Source: Escherichia coli
Lineage (GTDB): Bacteria; Pseudomonadota; Gammaproteobacteria; Enterobacterales; Enterobacteriaceae
Direction: 5' to 3' (one strand)
DNA: 64,000 nt
NCBI RefSeq assembly: GCF_022846255.1
Contig: NZ_AP025682.1
The stretch's first letter is position 1; each line of letters begins with the position of its first letter. A program made the translations under genes and the position numbers. The notes under the pieces are model-generated. The model had not been told where the DNA came from and did not search any database. It saw only the letters and a program-made list of their open reading frames with translations. Below are positions 24,619 through 38,328 of this stretch, one piece after another.

Positions 24619-26267
24619 TTGGGACGATACTGAATCAGCACCAGACGCTCCTGACGATCGATGGCATCTGCGGGCGGAATGGCGAGACTGTTGATATCTT
24701 CATTGCGGTCAACCGAAAGCACGAGTGTAATAATCCCCTCCTGACGATGTTGATTAAGCCAGTTTGCGAACTCATCACCGCTGACAAATCTCCCTTTCGC
24801 ATCCGGATAATTAAGGCCGTATTTCAACTCACCTGTCTGGCGATACATGATGATGTCATCGCGTTGCAGGCTCCATGCCAGACCTGCGGCAACACCGACG
24901 CTATCAGTAAGAATATAGCGGCTTGGCTGAAGTGATTCTTGTGTCATCTCGACAAAAAATTGCGGATGTTTTCCTTCCATGACTCTGTCAGGAATTGAAA
25001 ATCCTACCAGCAACGCCAGCCCCAGCGGGCAAAGCGCGGCAAAAGACCAGGTCTTTTCGACGTTTGTTAAGGTGTACCAGCCGAAAAATGCCCATAGCGA
25101 AAAAATCGACCAGGCACAAAAGACTTTATAGCTCTCGAAGGTTTGCCACACCGGCGTGTTCATTGCTCCCCAGGGGGAGACCACAAATGTGGCAATAATG
25201 CCAGTGACGCCAAAAGCGATGTTAATCCAGCCATTAATCCGCAACGCCAGAGGATTATTTTTTGCTGCCAGCAAAGCGTAATGCGCCATCAGCATTGCCA
25301 GAGGAGCAAAGCAAGAAAGAATATAGGTGGGCAATTTGCCTTTGGCGACGGAGAAAAACAACAGCGGCATTATCGTCCAGCTCAACAAATAGACGGTTGC
25401 GGAATGCTTGCGGTTTTTCCAGCCTGCGTACAGTGCTCCGGGGAGTAATCCCAGCCACGGCAGGCTACCGGCAATGATGACCGGCAAGTAGTACCAGAAC
25501 GGAGCTCTATGCTGAGCATCATCCATTGCAAAGCGTTGAATATGCTCAACCCAGAAAAAATAGTGCCAGAAGTCAGGCTCCCGCTGCGCTATCGCCAGTC
25601 CCCAGGGGAGAACCGTCAGTACGCAACTGATGACCGCCAGCCAGCCGTAAATAAAGAGATCTTTCCAGCGTTTTTGCGTTGTAACCCATGGAAGCACGCT
25701 TAATACCGGCACGGCAAGGGCGAGAAAACCTTTGGTCATCACCCCCATGCCGCAGGTGATTCCCAGCAGTAAAAATCCTGCGCTTTTGCCTTTCCACGTC
25801 TGTGCCTGCATTGCCAGCCAGAAGCTGCACATTCCCGCCACCAGCCAGAAGGCAATAAACGGATCGAGCACGGCATAAGTGCCGATGGCATAGACAATGA
25901 ACAATGAGAGGTAAATCACTGCGGCGAGTAATGCCAGACGTTTATCGCGCCATAAGCGCAGAGTAAACCAGGTCACCAGCGCGGCAGTTAACAGGGTCGC
26001 AAAGATAACGCCTGCCCGCACACCAAAGTTATTCGCGCCAAATAGCCATTGCCCAATGCTGTTAATCCAGTATCCGGCAATGGGTTTTTCGAAATAACGT
26101 AGTCCTAACAGATGGGGAACAATCCAGTCGCCGGATGCCAGCATTTCCCGACTGATTTCCGCATAACGCGTTTCATCGGGTTGCCAGAGCAGACGCGTGC
26201 TGATCGGTAACAGGTAATAGCAGGCAATAAATGCGAAGAGGCCGATAAGGTAACGTACCGATTTCAT
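24615..26267 (-). CDS. arnT: Undecaprenyl-phosphate-L-Ara4N:lipid A transferase ArnT
   Basis: 550 aa polytopic membrane ORF; operon position. Confidence 0.9.
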
Positions 26268-27157
26268 CAGTGACTACCCGCAATTTGTTGGCAACCCAGC
26301 CAGCCTTCACGTCCGGCAATATTTCCGCGAACAACTTGTCCGAGCGGCAACGTCCCTGATAACAGTTCGCTTAAAGGGCAAAATGTCACGCCTTCCTGAG
26401 CTGCGCGTTTCAGGAGATCCACAAAATTATGCTGATAAGCGCAGCCTTCAACTTCGGCATGAATGGTATAAACCGGCGTGCCTTTATCTCGCTGGATGCG
26501 GTTGAGTAACCAACCGTTAAAATCTTCTGCTTTCACATCCCGACCAATCACTTCATCCCAGGTGGGTAAGGTCACCGGAATTTGCGCAGTGCCAGGGGTT
26601 CCTGATTCGAGCAATGGACGAAACGGCATCGCCCCACGACAATCGCTGTTGTAGCGCAAATGGAACGCTTCTTTTGCTTCGATCACCTGTTGGTCAGCAC
26701 GCCAGCCAGCAGCGGCAGAACAGGTTACCGGTTGACCGATAATCTCTTCCAGGGTGCGAAGGCCGCGTGCAATATCGTCGATCATTGTTTGCCGATCCCA
26801 ATTACCGCTATGGGCTTGCCAGGCATGGTGATCCCAGGCGTGCAGGCCGACTTCGTGATGTTTAGCCGCTTCACGAATGATATCGGCATTGGCATGACCA
26901 ATCTCTTTACCTGGCCAGGCCGTACCTGCCAGTAAAATATCCCAGCCATAAAGCGATGCCGCGTTTGAGCGCAGCATCTTCCACAAAAACTGTGGCTTCA
27001 CCAGTCGCCAGAGATGGCGGCCCATATTGTCCGGGCCGACGCTGAAAAAAATGCTGGCCTGAATATTATGCTTACTCAAGATTTCCAGCAGACGCGGCAC
27101 GCCTTCACGGGTGCCACGAAAGGTATCGACATCAATGCGTAAGCCGACTTTGGTCAT
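26267..27157 (-). CDS. arnD: 4-deoxy-4-formamido-L-arabinose-phosphoundecaprenol deformylase ArnD
   Basis: 296 aa ORF, polysaccharide-deacetylase fold; operon position. Confidence 0.9.
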
Positions 27158-29135
27158 GATGGTTTATCCGTAAGATCAACGGTGCGCAGGAAGAAATCCA
27201 GCGTTTCGTCGATGGTTTCCTGCATATCAATTTTCGGTTCCCAGTCCAGGCAGCGGCGGGCATTGCGGATGCTCGGTTTACGATGCTCTACGTCCTGATA
27301 TCCTTTGCCGTAGTAGCTGCTACTTTCGACAACACGAAAGCCCGCAAACGGTGGGAAGTAATGGCGCAGCGGATGTTTTTCGAAGCTCGCCAGCAGCATC
27401 TCCCCCAGTTCTTCAATGCTCGCTTCGTTCTCAGGATTGCCAATGTTGATAATTTCGCCATCGCAGCGATTTCCCGCATTTTCGATAATGCGGTACAACG
27501 CCTCGATACCATCCCGGATATCAGTAAAGCAGCGTTTTTGTTTTCCGCCATCAATCAGCTTAATCGGTGAACCTTCTACCAGATTGAGAATGAGTTGCGT
27601 AATAGCGCGGGAGCTGCCAATTCGCGCTGCATTAAGGTTATCCAGTCGTGGCCCCATCCAGTTAAACGGGCGGAAGAGGGTGAACTGTAAACCTTCTTTT
27701 TCGCCATAGGCCCAGATCACCCGATCAAGTAATTGTTTAGACACCGAATAAATCCAGCGTGGTTTATTCACCGGGCCGACGATTAAATTAGAATGATCCT
27801 CATCGAAGTATTTATCGCTACACATCCCATAAACTTCTGAAGTCGACGGGAAGATGATTCGCTTACGGTACTTCACGCAGTAGCGGATAATGCGCAGATT
27901 CTCTTCGAAATCGAGTTCAAATACGCGCAGCGGGTTGCGGGTATATTCAATCGGCGTGGCTATCGCCACCAGCGGCAACACGACATCACATTTTTTGACG
28001 TGATACTCAATCCATTCGGAATGAATACTGATATCGCCTTCGACAAAGTGAAAATGCGGATGATTCAGAAAACGGCTTATCGCATCGCTGCCGATATCCA
28101 GACCGTAAACTTCATAATGATCTTCGCGCAGCAGGCGTTCTGTCAGATGGTTGCCAATAAAGCCATTCACCCCGAGGATGAGTACCCGCGTACGGCGTCG
28201 GGCGGTGCAGGCAGGCTGGCTATTCAAGCGTGAACCTTGCACCAGGCCCAGCGTCTGCGCCAATTGCGAGCCCTGCATAGTAATGCCGTCGCCCGCCTGT
28301 CCGGTGACGATTTCCAGCGCGCCATCGCCACAGGCAATCAGCAGCGGCGCAACAGAAATCACGCTCCCCGGCTGTGCTTTGCTGGCATGAGGATGAACAC
28401 GCGACGACCAGACGGTAAATTTCTGATTACCAACATAGCTGAAGGCACCCGGCCACGGATCGGCAACGGCACGCACCATGTTGTGCAGCATAGATGCCGG
28501 TTTATGCCATTCGAGGAAACTGTCATCCGGCGTTCTGCGACCAAAACAGGTGGCTTCGTTTTCGCGCTGGGCGATTTCCAGAATATTACCGTGTTTAATG
28601 GCGGGTAATGTCTGTTCCAGTAGCTGGCGCGCGGCATGACATAACTTATGATGCAGCGTAATGGCGATATCGTCTGGCGCAATGGCAATGCGCAGTTGCG
28701 CCACAATGGCCCCGGCATCGGCACGTTTCACCATTCGGTGCAATGTAACGCCAGTTTCCGTTTCACCGTTCACCAGCACCCAGTTCAGCGGCGCGCGACC
28801 ACGATATTTGGGTAACAGCGAACCATGCAGATTAAATGCACCTGCGGGAGCGAGCTGCAAAATTTCGTCGCAAATAAGATGGCGATAATAAAAAGAAAAA
28901 ATCACATCAGGTGATAGTTGGGCAATGCGTTCCACCCACAGCGGATGATTAACGTTATCTGGCGCATAAACCGGAATGCCTCTTTCCGCCGCCAGACGAG
29001 CTACCGAACCATAAAAGGCTTTTTCACCGGGATTATCAGTATGAGTAAAAATAGCGCTAATTTCGTAACCGGCATCCAGCAGGGCTTCAATACCGAGGCA
29101 TCCCATATCGTGGTAGGCAAAAACGACGGTTTTCA

Positions 29136-29136
<1 letters not shown>
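27154..29136 (-). CDS. arnA: Bifunctional UDP-GlcA decarboxylase / UDP-Ara4N formyltransferase ArnA
   Basis: 660 aa ORF; N-terminal formyltransferase, C-terminal SDR-type NAD domain ([10 protein letters not shown]). Confidence 0.92.
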
Positions 29137-30107
<971 letters not shown>

Positions 30108-31247
30108 TTATTGTCCTGCGAGTTGCTGAAGGGCTGTGATGACGCGGTCGGCATCGGCGGTAGTCATATCCGGGAACAGCGGCAACGAACAGATGCGTTC
30201 GCTATTCCATTCGGTATTCGGTAACGACAGCGTGGGAAAACGCTCGCGATAATATTTTTGTGTGTGAGCGGCGCGGAAATGTAACCCGGTACCAATACCT
30301 CTTTCTTTTAACGCTTCCATCAACGCATCGCGACTGATACCACAACGTTGTTCATCGACACGAATAATAAACAGATGCCAGGCGTGAACGTGCGGCCAGG
30401 CGGGAAGGCTTAATGGCTGAAAAGGGAGAGCTGCCAGTGCTTGTTGATATTGCAGAGCAATTTCGCGCCGACGGGTGTTGAGGTGCTCTAATTTGGCTAA
30501 CTGGGTCAGGGCAATCGCGGCGTTAATATCGGTCAGATTATACTTATAGCCCGGCGTTAAGACTTCAGCTTGCGGTGCACGGCCCCAGGTTTGTCTGTCA
30601 TAGGCATCGACACCCAGACCGTGAAATTTTAGCATCCGTAGCTGGCGGGCAAGGTTTTCATTATCTGTAACAATCAGGCCACCTTCCGCACAGGTAATAT
30701 TTTTGATGGCGTGAAACGAAAAAATAGCGGTACCTTTTGCACCAATATGTCGCCCTTTGTAATACGTACCGACGGCATGGGCAGCATCTTCGATAACTGC
30801 GATGCCGTAACGTTCGCCAATGGCGCGAATGGCGTCAATATCTGCTGGCGCACCGGCATAATGCACCGGAATGATGGCTTTAGTGCGTGGCGTAATGGCT
30901 GCTTCGATCGTTTCAGGAGTGACCATCAGCGTATCGCGGTCGACATCCACCATTACCGGCGTTGCACCCAACAAGGAGATCATATTGAGGGTTGAAACCC
31001 AGGTCAGGGAAGGCGTAATCACTTCATCGCCCTTGCCAATTTCCAACGCCATTAGCGTGATATGCATTCCGGCGGTGGCTGAACTGACCGCGATGGCATG
31101 CTGATTTCCCGTCAACTGGCAAAAGGCTTGTTCAAGCGCGTGATTCTTCGGACCGGTTGTGATCCAACCGGATTCGAGAACCTCTTTAACTGCAGCGAGT
31201 TCCTCCACGCCCATTGCTGGTCGCGAAAAAGGCAAAAATTCTGACAT
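30108..31247 (-). CDS. arnB: UDP-4-amino-4-deoxy-L-arabinose aminotransferase ArnB
   Basis: ORF 30108..31280; in-frame ATG at 31247 (MSEFLPF...) has a GGAAGG Shine-Dalgarno; 31265 is an alternative start. Confidence 0.88.
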   Translation of the reverse strand: MSEFLPFSRPAMGVEELAAVKEVLESGWITTGPKNHALEQAFCQLTGNQHAIAVSSATAGMHITLMALEIGKGDEVITPSLTWVSTLNMISLLGATPVMVDVDRDTLMVTPETIEAAITPRTKAIIPVHYAGAPADIDAIRAIGERYGIAVIEDAAHAVGTYYKGRHIGAKGTAIFSFHAIKNITCAEGGLIVTDNENLARQLRMLKFHGLGVDAYDRQTWGRAPQAEVLTPGYKYNLTDINAAIALTQLAKLEHLNTRRREIALQYQQALAALPFQPLSLPAWPHVHAWHLFIIRVDEQRCGISRDALMEALKERGIGTGLHFRAAHTQKYYRERFPTLSLPNTEWNSERICSLPLFPDMTTADADRVITALQQLAGQ

Positions 31248-31345
31248 TGCTTTTCCTTCCGCCATTGAATACCTGTCCACTTATATTTGCTATAAAGAGT
31301 GTTGTGTATATTTTGCCATTTGGAGCAAAATTTTAAGGATAGAAT

Positions 31346-31362
31346 ATTAACTTAACCTTAAG
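31346..31362 (-). promoter_or_regulatory. Candidate PmrA (BasR) box in the arnB-ais divergent promoter region
   Basis: minus-strand CTTAAGgttaaGTTAAT resembles the YTTAAK-N5-YTTAAK direct repeat, about 85-100 bp upstream of arnB. Confidence 0.45.
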
Positions 31363-31554
31363 AAACTAATATTAGACGTAAATATTGAAATTTTTATATT
31401 TTTTCTTATTTAGGCTTTGCATTTGGCAAAATTTTGAGGCATTTTGCCGGCATCGCAGGATTTTTAATATTACACCAACTGCTAATTATCGCCAGAAATG
31501 TCGCTCAATTTCACGGTAATTGTCTGGTTGCGCTTGTCTATAGGTGGAGTTTAC

Positions 31555-32157
31555 GTGTTAGCTTTTTGCCGCTCTTCGTTGAAGTCAAAAAAATATTTCA
31601 TCATTTTACTGGCGCTCGCTGCAATTGCCGGACTGGGTACTCATGCCGCCTGGAGTAGCAATGGTTTGCCACGTATCGACAATAAAACGCTGGCCAGACT
31701 GGCACAGCAGCATCCGGTTGTCGTTTTGTTTCGCCATGCTGAACGTTGCGATCGTTCAACCAACCAATGCTTGTCAGATAAAACAGGTATTACGGTTAAA
31801 GGTACCCAGGATGCCCGTGAACTGGGCAACGCTTTTAGTGCTGATATCCCTGATTTCGATCTTTATTCCAGTAATACCGTCCGGACCATTCAGTCGGCGA
31901 CCTGGTTTTCAGCGGGTAAAAAGCTGACGGTAGATAAACGACTTCTTCAGTGCGGTAATGAGATTTATAGTGCAATTAAGGACTTACAAAGCAAAGCGCC
32001 TGATAAAAATATCGTTATTTTCACCCATAATCATTGCCTGACATATATTGCTAAAGATAAGCGTGATGCGACATTTAAACCTGATTATCTGGATGGTTTA
32101 GTCATGCATGTGGAAAAAGGCAAAGTTTATCTGGATGGGGAATTCGTTAACCACTAA
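31555..32157 (+). CDS. ais: Ais / PmrG, putative lipopolysaccharide core heptose(II)-phosphate phosphatase (histidine-phosphatase family)
   Basis: ORF 31498..32157; GTG at 31555 with GGTGGAG Shine-Dalgarno gives 200 aa with signal peptide; RHAER motif. Confidence 0.85.
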   Translation: MLAFCRSSLKSKKYFIILLALAAIAGLGTHAAWSSNGLPRIDNKTLARLAQQHPVVVLFRHAERCDRSTNQCLSDKTGITVKGTQDARELGNAFSADIPDFDLYSSNTVRTIQSATWFSAGKKLTVDKRLLQCGNEIYSAIKDLQSKAPDKNIVIFTHNHCLTYIAKDKRDATFKPDYLDGLVMHVEKGKVYLDGEFVNH

Positions 32158-32195
32158 ATTTTCAATCTGACAGCCAGTAATGGCTGTCATCATTG

Positions 32196-32621
32196 TTACA
32201 GAAGACCTTTCAAACGTAACGTTTTTCGGGTGGCGACATTCAAATCATAGTGCGCCAGATCTTCAGGTTTTACCCACGCGTAGTCCTGAAACTCTTCGTT
32301 TATTTTCACTTCTCGGTTGGCAGAAACGCAGTCAAAAATCAGGTAAATCATATAAATCTCTTCCTTGCGACCATCTGCATACGTCTTGGTGCGAATATCA
32401 TCGCTGAAGGTCCACGGCGTGATTTCTGTCAAAAGCAGCTGTTCTCCCAGTTCTTCGCGAATTTCGCGGCGTAGTGCCTCTTCAATTCGTTCGCCAGGCT
32501 CTACGCCGCCACCCGAAAGCGCCCATTGACCGGGGAAAACGCCGCGATCGTCGGCCATTTTACACAGCAAATAAGCACCATCATTTTGAATCAAAGGGCA
32601 TACAATAGTCCGTTGTCGCAC
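32196..32621 (-). CDS. nudI: Nudix nucleoside triphosphatase NudI
   Basis: 141 aa ORF with Nudix box [24 protein letters not shown]. Confidence 0.88.
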
Positions 32622-32899
32622 AGGGGTATTCCTTATAAATAAAAAGAAACCATGAGAATACGGTAACTCAGAAATATGTGAAAGTGACAGTAATCTCTTT
32701 TGCGATTATAACTGCACTTATTATTATTTTTGTGTGTATCGATAAAGTATGTTTATTTTTTCGGCGTTTAATTATTTAAGAAGTATTTAGTTACAATAAG
32801 TGACTAGATCCCTTTTTTCGCTCATTGAATCCTCTGTGCCAGGCAGTACAATCCCGCAGCTTTGGGAATTTTGATTTATTGCTTGTGGGAGAGGGGAAA

Positions 32900-33442
32900 A
32901 TGAAAAAAATTGCGCTAGCAGGTCTGGCCGGAATGCTGTTGGTTTCTGCATCGGTCAATGCAATGAGCATCAGCGGCCAGGCGGGTAAAGAATACACCAA
33001 TATTGGTGTCGGTTTTGGGACTGAATCAACGGGCCTGGCGTTAAGCGGTAACTGGACACATAACGACGACGACGGTGACGTCGCGGGCGTGGGGCTGGGG
33101 TTGAATCTGCCTCTCGGGCCGTTAATGGCGACCGTTGGCGGAAAAGGCGTTTACACCAACCCGAATTACGGCGATGAAGGTTATGCCGCAGCGGTAGGAG
33201 GTGGTTTGCAGTGGAAAATTGGCAACAGCTTCCGCTTGTTTGGTGAGTATTACTACTCTCCGGATTCGCTCTCCAGCGGAATTAAAAGTTATGAAGAAGC
33301 GAATGCTGGCGCGCGTTACACCATTATGCGTCCAGTCAGCATTGAGGCTGGCTACCGTTACCTGAACCTGGCAGGTAAAAATGGCAATCGTGATAACGCC
33401 ATTGCTGATGGTCCGTATGTTGGGGTAAATGCCAGCTTCTGA
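32900..33442 (+). CDS. yfaZ: YfaZ family outer-membrane protein
   Basis: ORF 32825..33442; ATG at 32900 with GAGGGGA Shine-Dalgarno gives 180 aa with signal peptide; ends in aromatic residue (ASF). Confidence 0.82.
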   Translation: MKKIALAGLAGMLLVSASVNAMSISGQAGKEYTNIGVGFGTESTGLALSGNWTHNDDDGDVAGVGLGLNLPLGPLMATVGGKGVYTNPNYGDEGYAAAVGGGLQWKIGNSFRLFGEYYYSPDSLSSGIKSYEEANAGARYTIMRPVSIEAGYRYLNLAGKNGNRDNAIADGPYVGVNASF

Positions 33443-33541
33443 CGCCTTCCGGCGCGGCGTTCTGTCGCGCCATTCAGTTTCTTACTACGCCCTGTCTCCC
33501 TTTGCGTTATAGTGATTCGATAACAAAAGCAGGAGATAACC

Positions 33542-34744
33542 ATGTTAAAAGTGGAAATGTTATCCACCGGGGATGAAGTGTTACACGGGCAAATCGTTGA
33601 CACTAACGCTGCCTGGCTGGCCGATTTTTTCTTTCATCAGGGGCTGCCATTATCTCGCCGCAATACGGTGGGGGATAACCTTGATGACTTAGTCACCATT
33701 CTTCGCGAACGTAGTCAGTACGCCGATGTGTTGATCGTTAACGGCGGGCTGGGACCGACCAGTGATGATTTAAGCGCACTCGCCGCTGCGACAGCAAAAG
33801 GTGAAGGCCTGGTGCTGCATGAAGCCTGGCTCAAAGAGATGGAACGCTATTTCCATGAACGGGGACGAGTAATGGCACCGAGCAACCGTAAACAAGCGGA
33901 GCTGCCTGCCAGTGCTGAATTTATCAATAACCCGGTAGGCACTGCCTGTGGTTTTGCCATACAGCTTAATCGTTGCCTGATGTTCTTTACCCCCGGCGTA
34001 CCGTCAGAATTTAAGGTGATGGTCGAGCACGAAATCCTGCCGCGCCTGCGCGAGCGTTTTTCTTTACCACAGCCGCCGGTTTGCCTGCGTTTGACTACCT
34101 TTGGTCGTTCGGAAAGCGATCTGGCACAAAGCCTGGACACTCTACAACTGCCGCCGGGCGTAACAATGGGCTATCGCTCCTCAATGCCGATTATCGAACT
34201 GAAACTCACCGGACCGGCAAGCGAGGAACAGGCGATGGAAAAACTGTGGCTGGACGTTAAACGTGTTGCCGGACAGAGCGTGATTTTCGAAGGCACCGAA
34301 GGACTGCCCGCGCAGATCAGTCGCGAATTGCAGAGCCGCCAGTTCAGCCTGACGCTGAGCGAGCAATTCACCGGTGGTTTATTGGCTTTGCAACTTTCTC
34401 GCGCAGATGCTCCATTGCTGGCGTGTGAAGTGGTTCCTTCACAGGAGGAAACCCTGGCGCAAACTGCGCACTGGATTACAGAACGGCGGGCGAACCATTT
34501 TGCTGGGTTGGCACTGGCTGTTTCTGGTCTGGAAGATGAGCATCTCAACTTTGCACTAGCCACGCCAGACGGCACTTTCGCTTTGCGTGTACATTTCAGT
34601 GCCACACGCTACAGTCTGGCTATTCGCCAGGAAGTCTGCGCAATGATGGCGCTTAATATGCTACGCCGTTGGTTAAACGGCCAGGACATCGCCAGCGAGC
34701 ATGGCTGGATTGAGGTTGTTGAGTCCATGACCTTATCTGTCTGA
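33542..34744 (+). CDS. yfaY: CinA-like protein YfaY (MoCF-binding domain)
   Basis: 400 aa ORF, CinA N-terminal motif LSTGDEVLHGQIVDTNAAWLA. Confidence 0.85.
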   Translation: MLKVEMLSTGDEVLHGQIVDTNAAWLADFFFHQGLPLSRRNTVGDNLDDLVTILRERSQYADVLIVNGGLGPTSDDLSALAAATAKGEGLVLHEAWLKEMERYFHERGRVMAPSNRKQAELPASAEFINNPVGTACGFAIQLNRCLMFFTPGVPSEFKVMVEHEILPRLRERFSLPQPPVCLRLTTFGRSESDLAQSLDTLQLPPGVTMGYRSSMPIIELKLTGPASEEQAMEKLWLDVKRVAGQSVIFEGTEGLPAQISRELQSRQFSLTLSEQFTGGLLALQLSRADAPLLACEVVPSQEETLAQTAHWITERRANHFAGLALAVSGLEDEHLNFALATPDGTFALRVHFSATRYSLAIRQEVCAMMALNMLRRWLNGQDIASEHGWIEVVESMTLSV

Positions 34745-34963
34745 TTCCGCCACTCTGTGCCGGTTTACTGCACCGGCACATTCCCCCTCCGGCAAAATTT
34801 GTCCAACCTGTTGTACTCAATAAGAAAAAATCCGTGCGCTGATTCACAAATTTGTGCGTAATTTCTCCAGTCCGCTGGACGAGAAACGGGATTTGATGCG
34901 CTTCACAATTTTACTCCCCCTGAGCAACGAGACTGATTCCAGTATCTAAGACTGGAGTCCAGT

Positions 34964-35746
34964 ATGTTGGAATCAAGCAAAGTTCCCGCCCTGACACGGG
35001 CTATTGATATTCTCAATTTGATTGCCCGGATTGGCCCCTGTAGTGCTGCGACGATCATTGACACATTGGGGATCCCTAAAAGCACAGCCTATTTGCTGCT
35101 TAATGAACTCAGGCGTCAGCGTTTTCTTAGCCTTGATCATCAGGAAAATTTTTGTTTGTGGACCAGGCTGGTGGAGCTTTCCGGTCATGCGTTAAGCAAG
35201 ATGGATCTCCGGGAACTGGCTCGACCGCGTTTGACGCAACTGATGGATACCACCGGGCTGTTATGTCACCTGGGGATTATTGATAACGGCAGCGCTTATT
35301 ACATTTTGAAAGTGGAGTCATCAGCCACTATCAGCGTGCGTTCCCATGAAGGAAAAAGCCTTTCGCTTTATCGCTCCGGAATAGGTAAATGCCTGCTTGC
35401 CTGGCAACCTGCAGCTGTACAGCAAAGCATTATCGAAGGGCTGGTCTGGGAACGGGCGACACCCACAACGATTACTCATCCACAGCAACTTCACGAAGAA
35501 CTGGCGCGTATTCGCCGCCAGGGCTGGAGCTATGACAACGGCGAAGATTACGCCGATGTCCGTTGTGTCGCTGCGCCGGTGTTTAACGCCAATAACGAGC
35601 TTACTGCTGCGATTTCGGTGGTCGGTACCCGCTTACAAATCAATGAAGAATACCGTGATTATCTGGCGGGCAAGGCCATTGCCTGCGCCAGGGATATTTC
35701 ACGTTTGTTGGGATGGAAAAGTCCCTTTGACTTACAGGCCTCATAA
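34964..35746 (+). CDS. rhmR: IclR-family transcriptional regulator of L-rhamnonate utilisation
   Basis: 260 aa ORF with N-terminal HTH; upstream of rhmD-rhmT-rhmA. Confidence 0.85.
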   Translation: MLESSKVPALTRAIDILNLIARIGPCSAATIIDTLGIPKSTAYLLLNELRRQRFLSLDHQENFCLWTRLVELSGHALSKMDLRELARPRLTQLMDTTGLLCHLGIIDNGSAYYILKVESSATISVRSHEGKSLSLYRSGIGKCLLAWQPAAVQQSIIEGLVWERATPTTITHPQQLHEELARIRRQGWSYDNGEDYADVRCVAAPVFNANNELTAAISVVGTRLQINEEYRDYLAGKAIACARDISRLLGWKSPFDLQAS

Positions 35747-35760
35747 CAATGGAGAACATC

Positions 35761-36966
35761 ATGACCCTACCAAAAATCAAACAGGTTCGCGCCTGGTTTA
35801 CTGGCGGTGCGACAGCAGAAAAAGGCGCTGGCGGCGGTGATTATCACGACCAGGGGGCGAATCACTGGATTGATGATCATATTGCCACCCCGATGAGTAA
35901 ATACCGCGAATACGAGCAGTCCCGCCAGTCATTTGGCATTAACGTTCTTGGCACGTTGATTGTTGAAGTTGAAGCAGAAAACGGCCAGACCGGATTCGCC
36001 GTTTCGACAGCCGGTGAAATGGGTTGTTTTATTGTCGAAAAACATCTTAACCGTTTCATTGAGGGTAAATGCGTCAGTGATATCAAACTGATCCACGATC
36101 AAATGCTCAATGCCACCCTGTATTACTCCGGCTCTGGTGGCCTGGTGATGAATACGATTTCCTGTGTCGATCTGGCTCTGTGGGATCTGTTCGGCAAAGT
36201 GGTCGGGCTTCCGGTTTATAAACTTTTAGGCGGCGCAGTTCGTGATGAGATTCAGTTCTACGCCACAGGTGCGCGTCCGGATCTGGCAAAAGAGATGGGC
36301 TTTATCGGTGGCAAAATGCCGACGCACTGGGGGCCACATGATGGCGATGCGGGGATCCGCAAAGATGCCGCTATGGTCGCGGATATGCGTGAAAAATGCG
36401 GTGAGGATTTCTGGTTAATGCTCGACTGCTGGATGAGTCAGGACGTGAACTATGCCATCAAACTGGCCCACGCTTGCGCGCCCTATAACCTGAAATGGAT
36501 CGAAGAGTGCCTGCCGCCACAGCAGTATGAAGGTTATCGCGAACTGAAACACAACGCACCAGCGGGGATGATGGTCACCAGCGGTGAGCACCACGGCACA
36601 CTGCAATCTTTCCGTACGCTTTCAGAAACCGGTATCGACATTATGCAGCCGGATGTTGGCTGGTGCGGTGGCTTAACCACGCTGGTGGAAATTGCCGCAA
36701 TCGCCAAATCCAGGGGGCAACTGGTGGTGCCGCACGGTTCGTCTGTTTACTCCCACCATGCGGTGATCACCTTCACCAATACGCCATTCAGCGAATTCCT
36801 GATGACCAGCCCGGATTGTTCAACGATGCGTCCGCAATTTGATCCGATTCTGCTTAATGAGCCAGTGCCGGTGAATGGTCGTATTCATAAATCAGTGCTT
36901 GATAAACCCGGTTTCGGCGTCGAACTCAATCGTGACTGCAATTTGAAACGCCCCTACAGCCACTAA
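35761..36966 (+). CDS. rhmD: L-rhamnonate dehydratase (enolase superfamily)
   Basis: ORF 35749..36966; [13 protein letters not shown]... from 35761; start ambiguous by four codons. Confidence 0.88.
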   Translation: MTLPKIKQVRAWFTGGATAEKGAGGGDYHDQGANHWIDDHIATPMSKYREYEQSRQSFGINVLGTLIVEVEAENGQTGFAVSTAGEMGCFIVEKHLNRFIEGKCVSDIKLIHDQMLNATLYYSGSGGLVMNTISCVDLALWDLFGKVVGLPVYKLLGGAVRDEIQFYATGARPDLAKEMGFIGGKMPTHWGPHDGDAGIRKDAAMVADMREKCGEDFWLMLDCWMSQDVNYAIKLAHACAPYNLKWIEECLPPQQYEGYRELKHNAPAGMMVTSGEHHGTLQSFRTLSETGIDIMQPDVGWCGGLTTLVEIAAIAKSRGQLVVPHGSSVYSHHAVITFTNTPFSEFLMTSPDCSTMRPQFDPILLNEPVPVNGRIHKSVLDKPGFGVELNRDCNLKRPYSH

Positions 36967-37022
36967 TCATTCCGGGCGTTGCTGTGACAACGGTAACGCC
37001 CACATATTCTAAGGAGCTTTTT

Positions 37023-38312
37023 ATGAGCACCGCTTTGCTTGACGCCGTGGTGAAGAAAAACCGTGCGCGTTTAATTCCGTTTATGTTGGCGCTGTATGTG
37101 CTGGCGTTTCTCGACCGTTCGAATATCGGTTTTGCCAAACAGACCTACCAGATTGATACCGGGCTGAGTAATGAAGCTTATGCGCTGGGAGCAGGCATTT
37201 TCTTTGTGGTATATGCGTTTCTGGGTGTTCCGGCGAATCTTTTGATGCGCAAACTGGGGGCAAGAACCTGGATTGGTACGACAACACTGCTGTGGGGATT
37301 TCTTTCGGCAGCCATGGCATGGGCCGATACTGAAGCGAAATTTCTGATCGTTCGTACTCTGCTTGGTGCTGCGGAGGCCGGGTTCTTCCCTGGTATGATT
37401 TATCTCACCTCGCAATGGTTTCCGCAGCGTAATCGCGCCAGCATTATGGGGCTGTTCTATATGGGCGCACCGTTGGCGTTAACACTGGGATCACCGCTTT
37501 CCGGCGCGCTGCTGGAGATGCATGGATTTATGGGGCATCCCGGCTGGTTCTGGATGTTTGTGATTGAAGGATTGCTGGCAGTCGGCGCTGGGGTATTCAC
37601 ATTCTTTTGGCTTGATGACACGCCGGAGCAGGCACGTTTTCTGAGTAAAGAAGAAAAAACGTTGCTTATCAACCAACTGGCAAGTGAAGAACAACAGAAA
37701 GTGACTTCTCGATTGAGCGATGCGCTGCGTAATGGCCGAGTCTGGCAACTGGCGATTATCTACCTGACCATTCAGGTGGCGGTTTACGGATTAATTTTCT
37801 TCCTGCCGACGCAGGTTGCTGCATTGTTGGGGACAAAAGTGGGCTTTACGGCGTCGGTGGTCACCGCCATTCCGTGGGTCGCGGCCTTGTTTGGGACCTG
37901 GCTTATTCCGCGCTATTCCGATAAAACCGGCGAGCGGCGTAATGTCGCGGCGCTGACATTACTGGCGGCAGGCATTGGTATTGGTCTCTCCGGGCTGCTT
38001 TCTCCAGTACTGGCGATCGTTGCGCTGTGTGTTGCAGCCATCGGGTTTATTGCCGTACAGCCAGTGTTCTGGACGATGCCGACACAGCTTCTTTCCGGTA
38101 CGGCGCTGGCTGCGGGGATTGGTTTTATAAACCTGTTTGGTGCAGTGGGCGGGTTTATTGCCCCGATCCTGCGCGTGAAAGCAGAAACGTTATTTTCCAG
38201 CGATGCGGCGGGATTACTGACGCTGGCAGCGGTGGCGGTCATCGGTTCGCTGATTATTTTCACTCTGCGTGTAAATCGCACTGTTGCGCAGACCGACGTG
38301 GCACATCATTAA
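37023..38312 (+). CDS. rhmT: MFS transporter, putative L-rhamnonate transporter
   Basis: ORF 36984..38312; ATG at 37023 gives 429 aa with 12 predicted TM segments. Confidence 0.85.
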   Translation: MSTALLDAVVKKNRARLIPFMLALYVLAFLDRSNIGFAKQTYQIDTGLSNEAYALGAGIFFVVYAFLGVPANLLMRKLGARTWIGTTTLLWGFLSAAMAWADTEAKFLIVRTLLGAAEAGFFPGMIYLTSQWFPQRNRASIMGLFYMGAPLALTLGSPLSGALLEMHGFMGHPGWFWMFVIEGLLAVGAGVFTFFWLDDTPEQARFLSKEEKTLLINQLASEEQQKVTSRLSDALRNGRVWQLAIIYLTIQVAVYGLIFFLPTQVAALLGTKVGFTASVVTAIPWVAALFGTWLIPRYSDKTGERRNVAALTLLAAGIGIGLSGLLSPVLAIVALCVAAIGFIAVQPVFWTMPTQLLSGTALAAGIGFINLFGAVGGFIAPILRVKAETLFSSDAAGLLTLAAVAVIGSLIIFTLRVNRTVAQTDVAHH

Positions 38313-38328
38313 ATAGTTAAGGAACACG

